In this document: positions 36,537 through 51,275 of the stretch, piece by piece
How positions within the stretch are numbered: position 1 is the stretch's first letter
Layout of the letters: the number at the start of each line of letters is the position of its first letter
Origin: Heterodontus francisci
Lineage: Eukaryota
DNA length: 64,000 bases
Direction: 5' to 3'
Assembly: GCF_036365525.1 (NCBI RefSeq)
Contig: NC_090421.1
Location: forward strand, 992,001 to 1,056,000
The notes under the pieces: generated by a model
Told to the model about the DNA's origin: nothing
The model's database searches: none
Seen by the model: only the letters and a program-made list of their open reading frames with translations
Program-made: the position numbers and the translations under genes

Positions 36537-36690
36537 ATTAATGTTTCAGGTCGATGAGCTTTCGTCATGAAAGATCACAGACCTGAAACATTAACTCTGT
36601 TTCTCTCGCTACAGATGCTGCCTGACCTACTGAGTATTTCCAGCATTTTCTGTTTTTATCTCAGATTTCCAGTATCTGCAGTAATTTTCT
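36537..36690. mobile_element. Penelope-derived element with two inverted, decayed hammerhead remnants
   Basis: TTAATGTTTCAGGTC...GACCTGAAACATTAA inverted arms. Confidence 0.65.
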
Positions 36691-37227
36691 CTTGAATAGC
36701 CAGTTCACTGGCTGACCTCATTCATGAACAATGGTTACTTGGGCTAATGGCATCTGTGGCACAATACTCGAGAGTCAGCCCCTTCACAAACAACAAAAAA
36801 ATCCTCCCCGCGGTCCAGATAGAAATTTCCTGAGGCTCATGGCACTGAAAATGGTTTTGATCCCATCCAGCCTGCCATCGAGCAGAAGCTTCGGAATATT
36901 AGATCCTTGCATTGCAGCAGAGAAGTTGATTGTGCGCTTCGCTAAGCAAGCTGATTCTCATCAGTCTGTACTTTACCATTCTGCCATCTACTGCCTTCCT
37001 TTGTGAAGCTCAGCAACACTGACAATCAAACCCACATTTAGCCTTTTGACGGACTGCATGCTGGGTTGTGACAGGGGTGCCATTTCTCTTGAGAGACTGA
37101 ACCTTTGGGTGATTTGCTTCGACTTCTCCTCCCAATGTTGTATTTCAGGCGGCACTTTCTTGAAAGGTAATCAGTAATGAATCTATAAATATCCATCACG
37201 TGCCATTCCAAATGAATGAAAATGAGG

Positions 37228-37635
37228 AAGGTTGTGGGTTCAAGACCCACTCCAGAAACTCGGGCATGGAATCCAGGCCGATACCCCTAGCACAGTACTC
37301 CACTGTCGGAGGTGCCGTCATTCAGACGAAATGTTAAACTGAGGCCCCACCTGCCTCCTCAGGTGGATGTAAAAGATCCCACAGCATTATTGGAAGAGCA
37401 GGGGAGTTCTCTCCAGTGTCCTGGGGCCAATATTAATCCCTCAACCAAGACCACTAAAACAGATGATCTGGTCATTATCACATTGCTGTTTGTGGGAGTT
37501 TGTCGTATAAAAATTAGCTGCTGCATTTCCTACATTACAACAGTGACTACACTTTAAAAATCCTTCATTGGCTGTAAAGCACTTTAGGACATCCTGAGGT
37601 TGTGAAAAGTGCCATAGAAATGCAAGTATTTCTTT
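37228..37635 (+). mobile_element. DeuSINE
   Basis: B box GGTTCAAGACCC; Deu core; AAATGCAAGT tail. Confidence 0.8.
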
Positions 37636-39456
37636 TCAATCTGGTTCCAAACGGAACTAATTTTGATGCATGCAACTGTTAAAAAAAAAAAAAAAGTCCC
37701 ACCTGTGCTCAGTAAGCTGATCACAGGCATAGCAGCAATTGAGATGCTATGATTGGCCTCAGCACCATTCAGGAAAAGAGGAAAAATAGCAGCCAGGGTT
37801 CCAGCTCTTGGTTGCTCCGCTAGTGATGTCTGCTAGATACTGTGTGAATGTGGACATTTGGTTGATGACAATGTTGGGCTGGACTGTGAAGGTTCTAAAT
37901 CAGACATATTTGAAACTTGAAAGTAACAGGACAAGTTTAACCATCAATTTATCCAACAAATGTCTTGACAACAGCAGGATGTAACATTAAACTGAGCCTC
38001 CATACTGCTGAACCCTCAGACCTGCAGAGTATTCTGGCTGCTTTAGCTCCAGAGTTTCATAGAAACATTTGTCCTCGCACCTGCAATGGCTGCCTACCAA
38101 GGAAATCACCTTAGCAGACATTCTCAAACTTGAAAGCTAATATCCTGAATTAATGGACAGTTATTGTTCACTTGAATAACCAAGGTTTTGAGGGAGGTAG
38201 CTGGAAGTCTCACAAAACGTTTTTTTAAAAGTGCATTTTTTCCCCACTTACAATTGCTTCTTGTGATGTAGGAGGTGTTTGGTATTCAGCTTCCAATTAA
38301 TTTTCATTAGCAGCAAAACAAAAGCAAGAATACGTGACAAATACATGGCTCAATCCATTCTACCCCCATCACTGTCTGATTTATGACTGTCAATCTTGCC
38401 AGCCCTCACACAGTAACTAGCTGTGAATGTAGGCTCGGGTCTCATTGGATAGCACCCAACCTCGACTAGCATCTTCCCCATGAGACAGAGATCTTGGTGT
38501 AAAGAATCATTGACTCCTACCTGCCTTCTGCTGCTGCGCTCCCTTCGATTAAAGGGAGAAAGACAGACTTGCATTTATGTAGTGGCTTTCAGGGCATCCC
38601 AAAGCACTTTACAGCCAATGAACTACCTTTTGAAGTATAGTCACCATTATAATATAGGAAACCTTTTACTGTGAACTTAAATCCCACTCTGTCTCTCTGA
38701 AAAGAATACAGAGAAAGAAGCACTAGGCTGCTCTCTCTCTCTCACCTCCTTGCGAAGGGTTCAAAATGCATTCACAGAAGTATAGAACCTGGAGGGAATG
38801 AGGGTTGGAGGGGAGAAGAGGGAAGAGGAAGGAGAGCGCTCAGGGCATGCTTGCAGCTCTCTCCCTATCCCCAAAGCCTTGCGCTTTTCTTCCTTTGTTC
38901 GTCTTTATGTAGCCTTATATCTGCCCTCCATGCAATTCAAGCACTGACCATGCGAGTGTCCCGGAGATTGCTGCCACAGCTTGGTGTCAAAGATAAATGT
39001 TGGGAGTCCAATGCTGGCTCCAGTCAGCCATGTCTTTTATCTGTCCTTACAATTGTTTTTTTTTTTAAACAACTTTTAAAAAAAATAGGAATTCGATAAA
39101 ATAAAACAAAACACAATAGTTCAAAAGGAGCATTTATTAATAGCATTTGTGGCAAATTGGTATGATGCAACATGGTGAGGTGTAGACAGTACACACAGCC
39201 AATCCATCCTAATTCAATAATTACATAGTGCTCATCCAGGCACATTAACAACTGACATTATTGTTGGCAATCAGCAATAAGAAAAATTAAGAAACCTTTA
39301 AAAGTAACTGATACCATGTGTTCAGGGTGTACGTTAGCTGTCAACCAACAGAGGTCACAATCCCACTGTTCTGACCAGCAGAAAATCCTCTTTTGAATTG
39401 ACGTTTACTGTGAAACATTACATTAGTGCAGTCTTACCACTGAGTGGCACCATTGA

Positions 39457-39795
39457 GCAGTAACTCACCAAGGCTCCTTAGACAGCACCTTCCAAACCCA
39501 CAACCTCTACCAACTAGAAGGACCAGGGTATCAGATGCATGGGAACACCACCACCTGCAAGTTCCCCTCCAAGCCTCACACATCCTGACTTGGAACTATA
39601 TCGCCGTTCCTTCACTGTCACGGAGTCAAAATCCTGGAACTCCCTTCCTAACAGCACTGTGGGTGTACCTACCCCACACGGACTGCAGCGGTTCAAGAAG
39701 GCAGCTCACCACCACCTTCTCAAGGGCAATTAGGGATAGGCAATAAATGCTGGCCTGGCCAGCGTCGCCCACATCCCATGAATGAATTTTTTAAA
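39457..39795 (+). mobile_element. CR1-group LINE 3' end
   Basis: Highly similar to 27320-27655; ATGAATGAAT tail. Confidence 0.85.
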
Positions 39796-40939
39796 ACTAA
39801 CATGTTGTGCCTACATTGGTTGCTGCCGTATTGTATTGCATGCTCTGATACTTCTGCCACTGGGGTGACAGTGCAACAAATGGAGATCTTACTCATCTGG
39901 CAATTCCTAAACAAACAAATCAAACCAAAAAAAAAAATGCTGGTAGCTCACTTGGTAAATTCACTGCCTGGTGTGACACTGAGGTAGATCGATTAGGAAG
40001 ATCCCAGTTTCAGAATCCTGGTCTATGTATGCTGTGTTAACTAATGTTGACTGATGTGACAGTAGGGGAAGGTTGCACTTATCCTCTGAACTCAGTGGGG
40101 AGAAAGAAAAGTCAGACAGTGACCAGACGGCTGGAAACTGCATGCGTGTAGATATCACGAGGATAGCACTGGACTTGGCTGCATTGCTCCAATGTCAGAG
40201 GTTATCTAAGGGAGAAGGATTTTTGAAAAAAACAATATTCTCCATTTCCTGACATTATCTAAACAAAGTGGCCTCGAAGTAGTAGTTTCTGGTACTGCTG
40301 CAATAACCCCAAATTCTTTCAAATTTAACCACAGCTAGCAGAGTATTACTTTCTCAGCACCAGATAACATCCTTACCCAGCAGTGGAACAAGGAAAGACT
40401 TGCATTTCAAAACACCTTTTCAAACCTCAGGATGTCCCAAAGCCCTTTACAGCCAATAAAGTACTTTTGAAGTGTAGTCACTGATTTAATGCAGGGAAAT
40501 GCAGTAGCCAATTTTCACACAGCAAGCTCCCACAAACAGCAATGTGATAATGAGCAGTTGATCTTTCAGTGATGTTGGTTGAGGGATAAATATTAACCCA
40601 GGACAATCCATAAAAATCCACAAATCCATTAAAACTATAGATTGCACAGCGTTCTACTTGTATAGCTATTACAAAAGATGGTCTCTATGATCAATAACTG
40701 ATTACAAGCCACATGTCTGAGACCAGCATTGGATACAGATGGTCCCTCACCCTAGCTTGTGTAAAGATGTCTCCACTGTTGGCACGTAAAAACAAAATGG
40801 TGTATGAAAAGGACTTGTTCGGCTACAGAATGCAAGTATTGCAAATGGAAAACATACATAATGGTACAAAGACAATGACATAATGGGAGCTGGGCAGGGG
40901 GGAGGCCTTGAAAAGTTTACTGAAAGACATTTAAGGAGA

Positions 40940-42425
40940 TAGAATCATAGAAAGTTTAAGGCACAGAAAGAGGCCACTTGGCCCATCGCGTCTGTGCTGG
41001 CCGGAAAATGATCTACCTATTGGGGCGGCACAGTGGCGCAGTGGTTAGCACCGCAGCCTCACAGCTCCAGGGACCCGGGTTCGATTCTGGGTACTGCCTG
41101 TGTGGAGTTTGCAAGTTCTCCCTGTGTCTGCGTGGGTTTTCTCCGGGTGCTCCGGTTTCCTGCCAAAAGACTTGCAGGTTGGTAGGTAAATTGGCCATTA
41201 TAAATTGTCACTAGTATAGGTAGGTGGTAGGGAAATATAGGGACAGGTGGGGATGTTTGGTAGGAATATGGGATTAGTGTAGGATTAGTATAAAAATGGG
41301 TGGTTGATGGTCGGCACAGACTCGGTGGGCCGAAGGGCCTGTTTCAGTGCTGTATCTCTAATCTAATCTAATATTACCTTCCAGCATTTGGTCCTTAGCC
41401 CTGCAGATTATAGCACTTGAGGTGCATATCCAGACTCCTTTTGAATGAGTTGAGGGTCTCTGCCTCAACTACTCTTTCAGGCAGTGAGTTCCAGACCATC
41501 ACCACCCTTTGAGTGAAAAAGATTTTCCTCATCTCCCCTCTAATTTTTCTACCAATCACTTTAAATCTATGCCCCCTCGTCACTGCCTCTCTGCTAAGGT
41601 GAATAGACCCTTCACCTCCACTCTGTCCAGGCCCCTCAAAATTTTGTACATTTCAATCAGATTTCCCCTCAGCCTTCTCTGTTCCAAGGAGAACAACCCG
41701 GTCTATCCAATCTTTCCTCAGAGCTGCATTTTTCCAGTCCTGGCAACATCCTCGTAAATCTCCTCTATGATAGGTAAATTGGCCATTGTAAATTGCCCCC
41801 CCCAAGTGTAGGTAGGTGGTAGGAGAATGGTGGGAATATGGGATTAATGTAGGATTAGTATAAATGGGTGGTTGTTGGTTGGCACAGACTCAGTGGGCCG
41901 AAGGGCCTGTTTCAGTGCTGTATCTCTCTATGACTCCATACCCTCTCTAGTGCAGTTACATCCTTTCTGTAATGAGGTGACCAGAACTGCACACAGTACT
42001 CAAGTTGCAGCCTAACCAATGATTTATACAGTTCCAGCATAACCTCCCTGCTCTTCTATTCTATACCTCGGCTAATAAAGGAAAGGATTCCATATGCCTT
42101 CTTAACCACCTTATCGACCTGTCCTGCTACCTTCAGAGATCTGTGGACATTCACTTCAAGGTCCCTCACTTCCTCTACACTTCTCAGTATTTTCCCATTA
42201 ATCATGTATTCCTTTGCCTTGTTTGACCTCCCCAAATGCATCACCTCACACTTCTCCAAGTTGAATACCATTCGCCACTTTTCTGCCCATCTGACCAGAC
42301 CATCAATATCTTCCTGCAGACTACAGCTATCCTCCTCGCTATCTACCACACGGCCAATCTTTGTGTCGGCCGCAAGCTTCTTGATTATACCCCCTACATT
42401 TACACCCAAATCATTAATATACAGA
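40940..42425 (-). mobile_element. CR1 LINE fragment carrying two nested V-SINE insertions
   Basis: YINDL...ADTKIG...LQEDIDGLVRWAEKW...KCEVMHLG RT remnant. Confidence 0.88.
41022..41372 (+). mobile_element. V-SINE (HE1-like), near full-length
   Basis: A box TGGCGCAGTGG, B box GGTTCGATTC, V-domain TGTGTGGAGTTTGCA.GTTCTCCCTGTGTCTGCGTGGGTTT, CR1-type tail with (TCTAA)n. A 5'-truncated copy lies at 41768-41937. Confidence 0.88.
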
Positions 42426-42639
42426 TAGAAAACATACCCACCATTAATTTGATTTACTCCCCCACCCCGGCCCCCGCAAAATGAAACACAAGCAGAGATG
42501 ATTATCAGGGATATCAAAGCTTGATGATAATTGCAACTGTGATAAGACACAACACTCTCAACTCCCCTGCTCCCTAGTTCTCCAGTACTCAAATTCCTTC
42601 TGTCACAAAGGAGGAGGAGAGAGAAAAGAGATAGAAAAG

Positions 42640-43115
42640 GCTTGCATTTATGTAGCACCTTTCACAACCTCCAAAGCTCTTTACAGCCAATGAAGTACTT
42701 CTGAAGTGTGGTCACTGTTGTAATGCAGGAAACGCAGCAGCCAATTTGCAGACAGCAAGCTCCCACAAACAGCAAGGTGACTAGTTAATCTGTTTTATTT
42801 TAGTGATGTTGATTGAGGGATGAGTATGGGTGCAGGACACTGGGGAGAACTCCCCAACATCAACCCCCCCCCCCACCCCCCCCGCAACTTCTTCAAATTA
42901 GTGCATTGGGATCTTTTATGGCCACCCGAGGGGGCAGATGGGGCTTCAGTTTAACATCTCATCGAAAAGAAGGACCCGCCAACAGTGCAGCACTCCTCAG
43001 TATTGCACCAAGAAGGTCAGCCTAGAATTTGTGCTCAAGTCTCCGGAGTAGGAACTTGAACCCACAACCTTCTGACTCAGAGGTGAGAGTGCAACCCACA
43101 GAGCCACAGCTGACT
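42640..43115 (-). mobile_element. DeuSINE, full-length, unexpanded
   Basis: Head, core and tail all present. Confidence 0.8.
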
Positions 43116-43986
43116 GATATAAAAAAACAGCAACTCACAGGAGACTGCCAATTTTTGGCCCATCTCATACTTACTGGTATGACAAGAGGGGCCTTCATAT
43201 TATTATTTACAACAAGAAATGAGAGAACCAAGAGAGAGTGCCATTGTATAAATGTGCAACAGCAAGGCAAGATGATAAAGGGATGAGGAACATTGCTCAA
43301 TCTGGTCTCCTAGGTACCATGTGTCGCACTAACATGCAATAAAATAAAATTTAAGAGTATGCAGGGGCTTCACCTCTCACTCCCCTTCCCCCAACTCAAC
43401 CCCAAAATCACTGGCTGAAATGCATTAAGCTATCAGGCTCCAGAGAAGAACATGAACCACACCTGTTAGGACTAAAAGATTCAATATACAAACACACACA
43501 CCCCACACACACATTGTTGTGAAATATCTGTTCCAAACAGTTCTAGGATGTGTGTACTGGGCTGGCTCGAAAAGCTTTGAGGCAGATTCAAACACTGACT
43601 TCATTCCAGTCCATGCTGGCCATAAAAAGAAAATACAAAGTAAACCTGCTCACAGCAGTCTGGACGAGGATTTTAAACCCAAAATGTTTCCAAGTACAGC
43701 CCGAACTACAGATACTTGGCTAGAAATGAGGTTCAAGCCAACAATTCAATCAAGCTGTGCTGGGAATGGCCTAAGATTGGAAGTCAGAGTTACAAACTTC
43801 CACATAGGGAGAGAGAGAAAGAGGCTCCGTGGTACCTCTCGCTGAGCCACACACACCGGGCAGGTTCCACTGTTGATCCCCGGACTGTAGGGAGGTGGTT
43901 GAGCCAATGGCTAAAAATGGCTTCCACACCTAGGTTAGACAGAGAGAGGGAGTGTTTGGGAGGGCAGGGGTGGGGAACTGCCCAGA

Positions 43987-44046
43987 GTGTGTGTATGTGT
44001 ATCTGTGTGTGTGTGCGTGTGTATATATATATATATATACACACAC
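43987..44046. repeat. Compound (TG)/(TA)/(CA) microsatellite
   Basis: Directly visible. Confidence 0.9.
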
Positions 44047-45057
44047 GTACATTCAGCTCAGCTGTGATGCACCCTGCAGTCAAAGAGGCTGCCAAAATTC
44101 ACCATTCAGGCTCAAATGGTGCTTGCGTGAGGTACTGAAGGGCCTCTGGGACTGTACCCCAGCAAGGACACAACACCTTCAGGACAGAAAAAAACAAAAG
44201 GAATCTTTGCACACACCCAATGGTGACAGGATTTTCCAAAATACAAATACATTTCATTGAGGTGAGGGGGGGCCTGCTTCGTGTCAAATTCCCTCTGCTG
44301 TGATATTGGGGGGGGGGGGGGGGGGGGGGTGGAAATGGTGCACAAAATGCCTGTTCCCATATAAACAAGAGAGCATTGAGACACCATGAAATGTCCAGGT
44401 ATCCCACTTTCTGAGCCATTGAGAGGCAGCAATTCAGCTGAATACACAAACCCTTTTTCATGATAATAAAAAGTGGATTTGATCCAGTCGTGGGCTGGTT
44501 GCACAGTTAAATGGCCAAGTGATGGTTTAATTACACACTGAGCTGCAGGGAGGAAGAAAACCCACCTTTAATCGGCGACGATCCCCAACTGAGCCTTGCA
44601 GCAGATTTGTTCACGTTGGTACAAGACAGCGTTCACGAAGAGTAAGGATGTCAGAGCGTTTCACCCCTGCCATGCAATGTCGCTCGCCATTTAGGACCAG
44701 CCATCTTCAGCATCAACACCACCCCCTCGCCCCCCATGAAAGCTGCATTCATCTGACTTGGACCAAATGCATTTGAATTGTCAGATGTATTAGCCACCGT
44801 GAAAGTGTTTTAAAGGACATTATTCAGAAAGTGCCCTATTAAACCAGACAATCAGGAAGTTGGGGGGGAAAAAAAAAAAAAGAGGACTGAATCATCTTGT
44901 CAACGGACATGATTCCAAATGTCTCAAAGTGGTAATCTTAAGGAGCCCAGGGGTGAAGGATGAGATGTAGTTTGTAAAAACAATATCACTTTGATGCTGC
45001 TTCTACAGGTTATCAAAAAGGAAAGTTAAGAAAATGAAAAATTAAAAGTTCAGAAAA

Positions 45058-45251
45058 TCATCGCTTTGGTACCCGCCGTGGATCCCTTCCATTGCTAAGG
45101 GTGGTGGTTGCCGGGGTGGAGCTGGATGTGGCCACTGTCTGGTTATTCCCTGGGCCGCGTCCATTGCCTCTTCCACCTGCTGGTGGTGGCTGATGATTCG
45201 TGTTGCTGGAGGAAGCTCCACCTGAGCCAGCAGCATTCAGACTGTCGTTAC
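45058..45251 (-). CDS. NABP2: SOSS complex subunit B, coding exon 6 (last)
   Basis: CTCCAG/GT, phase 1. Encodes GNDSLNAAGS...TTTLSNGRDPRRVPKR then TGA. Confidence 0.88.
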
Positions 45252-46837
45252 CTGGAGCGACGGGAACAAGGAACAAAACCAAATAACAACAACGTCGCAA
45301 GTGAGAAAGGTTTCCCTTTATGGGTGATTTGGGCAACTTTCTCCTCCCCCCCCCCCTCCCCCAGCCCTTCAAACACCCCACCCCTAACTACCTGTCAGTG
45401 TGAGAGGAAGGCATTTAGTTTGCTCCCATGGCTGGTACAGAGTTGGCAGCTCTTGGTGACTGCCTAAGATCATCCAATTGCAACTCTGCCCTCCATCCTG
45501 CTGAGGGCTTTCTGCTCAGTGCTTTCCTCCTCAACATAGGCCAGTTCAAAGACTGAGTGAAGCAGAACTCGAAAGCTGCCTCCATCAACACTTTAGTGCT
45601 TGGTGAACATCCAGTTAATACATAAAGCTGCTGAATGCCAGCAATTTTAGAATCCATTAGGCATTTCTTTTTTGTGCTTGGTCAGCAATGTGAGGGATGT
45701 TAGGAGCAGGGAGCAAAACTTCTTGTACCCAGTGTCACGAGTCTACAGAGAAATTGCAGAGCATTTTTTCCTGGACTCAGCACAATGCAAAGCCACTGGG
45801 CCAGAAGCCAGCTTACTCCACGCCAAGACCATACTCTGTGCAACAGATGTGCCCAGTCTGCCAGCCCTCTGCCAGGACAGCAACACAAGCATGGCTGGCT
45901 GGCACCTTGAGGTGTATGCCAGGAATACACAAGCCGGATGCAGCTGTACCTCAAAGTTCTGCATTAATCCACAAAAAGTTCACACAGGATATGAGCAACA
46001 CAGCTTCACACATCACACAGTCACGTGTGGAACCCTCTCCCATTGCCTGGCACGGATTCACTTTTACACAAGAGACCAGAGAGCTCAAGGGCTTCGCAGC
46101 TACAGGAGCTTGCCCATTAGCAGAGCAGCCCCCACCCATTTTTTCAGGTGAACTTTGCGCTCAAGTAAAACATGCCAATACAAGGAAGTGGAACACTTTT
46201 TTCGACTCATCACTCAAGTTAGGCATAGCACAGGCAGCTGCAGAACCAAAACAGCCAACGTGCCAAAACCCCAAGCCCTACTGCACCTGGGTGACATCAT
46301 TCTGTTTTCCCACACCAGCTATTCTATGGCCTGTCTGAGTGAGATTGCCAACATAGTGCCCACTCAGAACCAGACTGACTGTCCAAATACATTTCATATT
46401 GAAACCTTACAGCCCCCTCAGTCTGAGCTGGAATCCAATCCAGGTCGCAGATGAAAAAGCAGTAAATAAAGAGGGAAGCAAGACTTGCATTTATATAGTG
46501 TTTTTCACCACCGCATGATGTCCCAAAGCACTTTACAGCCAATTAAATACTTCTGAAGTGTTGTCACTGGAGTAATGTTGGAAATATGGCAGCCAATTTG
46601 CGCACAGCAAGCTCCCACAAACAACAGTTTGACAATGACCAGAGAATCTGTTTTCAGTGATGTTGGTTGAGGGAACCAGACTTGCAAGTAAACGAGCAAA
46701 GATTACATTTACTTTTTAAGCAGTTGCTTTACATAGTCTCCAGTATCATACAGCAGTGCATTAATACTTTGATGAGTTATGCCAACAATTAGAAGAATTG
46801 ACAGTAATTTCCTGATGTCTGTAGGGTTTGCTGGACA

Positions 46838-47210
46838 GACTTGCATTTCTATAGCGCCTTTCATGACCTCAGGACATGCGAAAGCACTTCACAGCCAATG
46901 AAGTACTTTTGAAGCGTAGTGACCATTGTAATGGAAGAAATACAGCAGCCAATTTGCGCACAGCAAGCTCCCACAAAGAGCAACAATGTAAATGACCGGA
47001 TCATCTGTTTTAGTGATGTTGGTTGAGGGATAAATATTGGCCCCAGGACACCGGAGAGAATTCCCCCTGCTCTTCTTCAAAATAGTGGCCGTGGGATCTT
47101 TCATGTCCACCCAAGGCGCCAGACGGGGCTTTGGTTTAACATCTTATCTAAAGGATGGCATCTCTGACAGTGCAGCGCTCCCCGAGTACTGCCCCCTCCA
47201 ACAGTGTGGA
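46838..47210 (-). mobile_element. DeuSINE with incipient duplication of the 33-bp segment
   Basis: GACAGTGCAGCGCTCCCCGAGTACTGCCCCCTCCAACAGTG at 47166-47206. Confidence 0.75.
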
Positions 47211-47241
47211 ATACTGTGGGTCCTTTAATGCAGGTACTCAC

Positions 47242-47308
47242 CAGTAGTCACAGAGGCTGTTGAAGTCACTGGGACAGTTGTAGAAGTACTACCTTGTTCA
47301 GCCGGGGT
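47242..47308 (-). CDS. NABP2: SOSS-B coding exon 5
   Basis: TTCCTTCTTTTTAAG/ACC...G/GTGAGT, 67 nt, phase 0-1. Encodes TPAEQGSTSTTVPVTSTASVTT. Confidence 0.8.
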
Positions 47309-48411
47309 CTTAAAAAGAAGGAAACAGTGCTCAGGTTTAACTGGCTCATTCAGAAACATACTTACATAATTAGCTACTGGAATTCTTTCCACTGCGCTCT
47401 CATTACACAGATCACCAGCTTGGGGTTTTGTCTTCCTCTCCTACTACCACCACCACCATCCCCCCATTATCCATCTCACTGTCCTGCTCTACCCCCCCAC
47501 CAAACACACAATCTACAAACATACAAAACTGAGTGGCAGGAATAGACCAGTTGAACCATCAAGCCTGCCCCACATCGCAGAGCATCGTGACTGAACACCC
47601 TCCATTTAGGGGTCACCCTCAGCCTCGCAGTAATGTAATCTCCTGGGAAAGACAATAAACCTCATCTCAATTGACAACTGAAAACCGATTCAGTAGTTTA
47701 ATCACGTAAAATTAACTGCATTTTCTCTCACCAGGTACAACACAAGCTGTTCCACAAGCTCCATCAAAAGCATTCAATGGCAGGTTGCTGGGTGGAATAT
47801 GCAAGAGTCGCCCACTCAGCATCTCCCCAAATCTGCCCCTGCAACCCAGAAGATTTTACGACTGCCGCACTCAGCCCTGGTGACAGTGTGTGCCTGATGG
47901 CATTGGGATACAGATGCACTGAAACCATGTCATACACACCAGGAGGAGCCCAGCTTCCACCACAGGCCTGTGCTGAGTTAGCTGATTGCAACAGGAAGTG
48001 AGGTTAGCAGTGCTACAGTTGGCCTTGGCATCCAGATTAGGGAGGGGTAATCAGTCAGGGTTGTCATGCCTGATTGCTCACCAGTGACCTCTGCTGGAAT
48101 GGTGGGTGTGTGGCCATCAGGCAACAAAAGGCTTAGCCTCAGCTGAGAGGTTTCCCCTTCCTACTGCCCTGTGGTTGAATAGGCAGACCCGCAGGCGACA
48201 AATGGAACTTGGGCGAGGTGGGGATGCACCTGTTGACCTGTAATCCAGCAAAACATCAACACCTCCAGGAGAGGAGGCAAGGTGAGAAAACTGGCAAGGT
48301 AACAAAAAAGGGAATGTTGCCACTGACACCACCTGCAGAAATGTAACCCATAATGGCAGGGGAGGCATTGAATGAAAACAGCAGCAACCTGACCCGAAAG
48401 GTCAGACTTAC

Positions 48412-48496
48412 AGGTTTGTTCTGTGAAGATGCCTGGGACATATACTCAGGATTGGGGTCACTGAAATTCGGCACTTCTGAATACTGCATACAAAAC
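48412..48496 (-). CDS. NABP2: SOSS-B coding exon 4
   Basis: TTTCAG/G...CCT/GTAAGT, 85 nt, phase 2-0. Encodes [28 protein letters not shown]. Confidence 0.93.
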
Positions 48497-49583
48497 CTGA
48501 AATGGAGCACAGAAGTTATTACATGTCGCTATAATCTTGCACGCTTGCACAGTGCACGCCCACTGTCTCAGCCCATCCACCAGTTTTCAGTCCAATGCAG
48601 TCCTTGGAAGTGGGACTTGAACTCACAACCTTCTGAGTCAAAGGGGAGAGTGCTACCCACTGAGCCACAGCTGTCAAAACTAGTAGACCAGTCACCTAGA
48701 GCCACCATGGAGCGCCTCTTCATGGGTGACCTAAAAACAGCACTGACTCCTGGTCTCTATTGAGTGAGGAGATAGGTCAATTGTTGGAACACTACAATCA
48801 GCTTCTGTGTCAGTAAAGTGAACTCTACCCTCCTCAGAAGTGCAGAGATTTGAAAGGCTGCCTGTCTATTAGCTTTTACCTTGCCCTCCAATTTTCTACC
48901 CTTCCAGTATTTATCCAATTCCCCTTTTGAAAGTTACTATTGAATCTGCTTCCACCGCCCTTTCGGGCAGCGTGTTCCAGATCACAACAATTCGCTGCGT
49001 TAAAAAAAAAAATTCTCATCAGTACAGAATCTCCCAAATAAGCTCATTTTTGCAGCCTTTGGGCACCGAACTGGGGAGAGGGGTGTCCCTGCTGGGAAAT
49101 GATACAGATTTGTCCAAGGGGTATCACAGGACAAAATAGGAGAAAAAAGTGACAGGTTTTCTTCTGGAAGAGAGTATGTCCCCATTTTAAAACAGAAGGC
49201 ACCTTTCGTTCACCTTCCCTTTGTCTGGGTTTTCTAGGCTATGACACCAGCTCTGCTCAAGCCGATTGCTGGAAGTGCACAAGTGCAACCTGACCATTAC
49301 AGCATCCCCACCCCCCGCCTTCCCAATAACCCTTCCCCTTCCTGTGGGGAAATGGCACCTCCCTCCAATAACCCAACTGAGATCAGCAACCAGGTGAGTA
49401 GGCTGCTGGTGAATACAAACCCACTTCCAACCTCTCTATTGACTCTACATTGAAGCTTCAATATGTATCAGCACTTGCTGAAACTTCCCAAAGTTTATCC
49501 AAACCATTAGATCAGAGGGAGGCAACCAAAGGAGCACAGCAGGAACCCAGATGACATTTCCCAGTATTAAGGCAGACAACTTA

Positions 49584-49679
<96 letters not shown>

Positions 49680-50957
49680 CTATAAAATTAATCATTTGTC
49701 CTAAAATCTGAAACTTTCTCCGTTCAAAACCATTTATGCCACCAGTTTGCTGCCGAGTCGAGCTGGCGGGATGGGGCCAGAACCAGCTAACACAGAGGGC
49801 TCTGAATCTTAGGCCATGTCAATGGCGCATGGGAGGGGTGACCACTATTAAATCACAAAGTGGCTTTCATACTGTCCTTTCACCTTTCAGGCTAGAGTGA
49901 TATGAGGAGATCCTCCTTCACACAGGGCAATCAATATGTGGAATATTCCCCCACATAGTGTTGTGGAAGCAAAACCCCCAGAATAATTTAACAAACAATT
50001 CAATGCGACAATAGGAGGGAGAGGAGGCGTTAGGGTCTTTGGATTGATGAACTGAGAAAGGTTGAATGGCCTTCCTCATCCATAATTATCATGATCTTGT
50101 GACATCATCTCTGCTGGGCATTGGCACTGTACATCCAACATAGGCACTTTTATTTTGAGGGGTGAACAAACCAACACCAATGGACAAATGTCCTCATCTT
50201 GCAGATGTGTGAATTTTATCTCCCATTTCACAGGACAGTCATTATTCAAATATATTTGACTCTTGGATTATGGGGAAGGCAGGAGCTGGGAGTGACTCAA
50301 CTAGGCCCTGTATGAAACAAGTAAGGTTGTTTGTGACTCTTCAAATAACTGAAAACAAGAGCTCTCGTGATGGCTTGATCATAGCAGTGGCTAGTATAGC
50401 ACTAAGCTATACAGACCAGGTCTGATTCCCAGTCTGTGGCTGATCTCAGGTAATGTTGGGATTCTATAACAAGCCTCAGAACCCCTGGTTTAAAGAGGGG
50501 AAAGGGAAGTTGGTCGGGGATCCCATTAACCAGCAAACCCTGTTGGAAGGTGCTAGTATGGCTATCAGGTGAGGACAGGATCACACTTGCCTGCAACGCC
50601 CGTTACAGTTGGTTAACCTGCTGATACTCAGTCCAGGCTCAACACAAATAACTGTGGGAGCACCATGACGACAAGCACTACAGCAGCCCAAGGAGAAGGC
50701 CCACAACCATCTCAGGAGAATGAGGAATGGGCAGTAAATGCAGCCTTGCCTCCATTGCCCAGATTCAGGTAACAAAAACATTCTGGCACTCAGGTGAGCT
50801 AGAAGGGGCACCCGATACCCTTTGAAGTGTTAGTCCAACAGGTGTCAACTAGTTGAGGAGGAGACGAATAAAGCCTGCACTATAACAATGATTAGCATTC
50901 ATAGTAGAGCAAATGTTTGCTCCAGCTTTATCAGGTCTTGTTAAACAAAGCGAGTTA

Positions 50958-51275
<318 letters not shown>

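Noticed and set aside
33585-36537. 827-927 aa ORFs on both strands with 11-aa repeats
   Set aside because: By-product of a 33-bp unit lacking stops in several frames inside a SINE. The same applies to 15726-16594 and 522-783.
41022-41095. tRNA gene
   Set aside because: The tRNA-like A/B boxes are SINE heads that continue into V-domain or Deu bodies; no complete cloverleaf.
45672-46454. Overlapping 159-213 aa ORFs antisense in the last NABP2 intron
   Set aside because: Non-ATG starts, no recognisable domain, no evident codon bias or splice structure.
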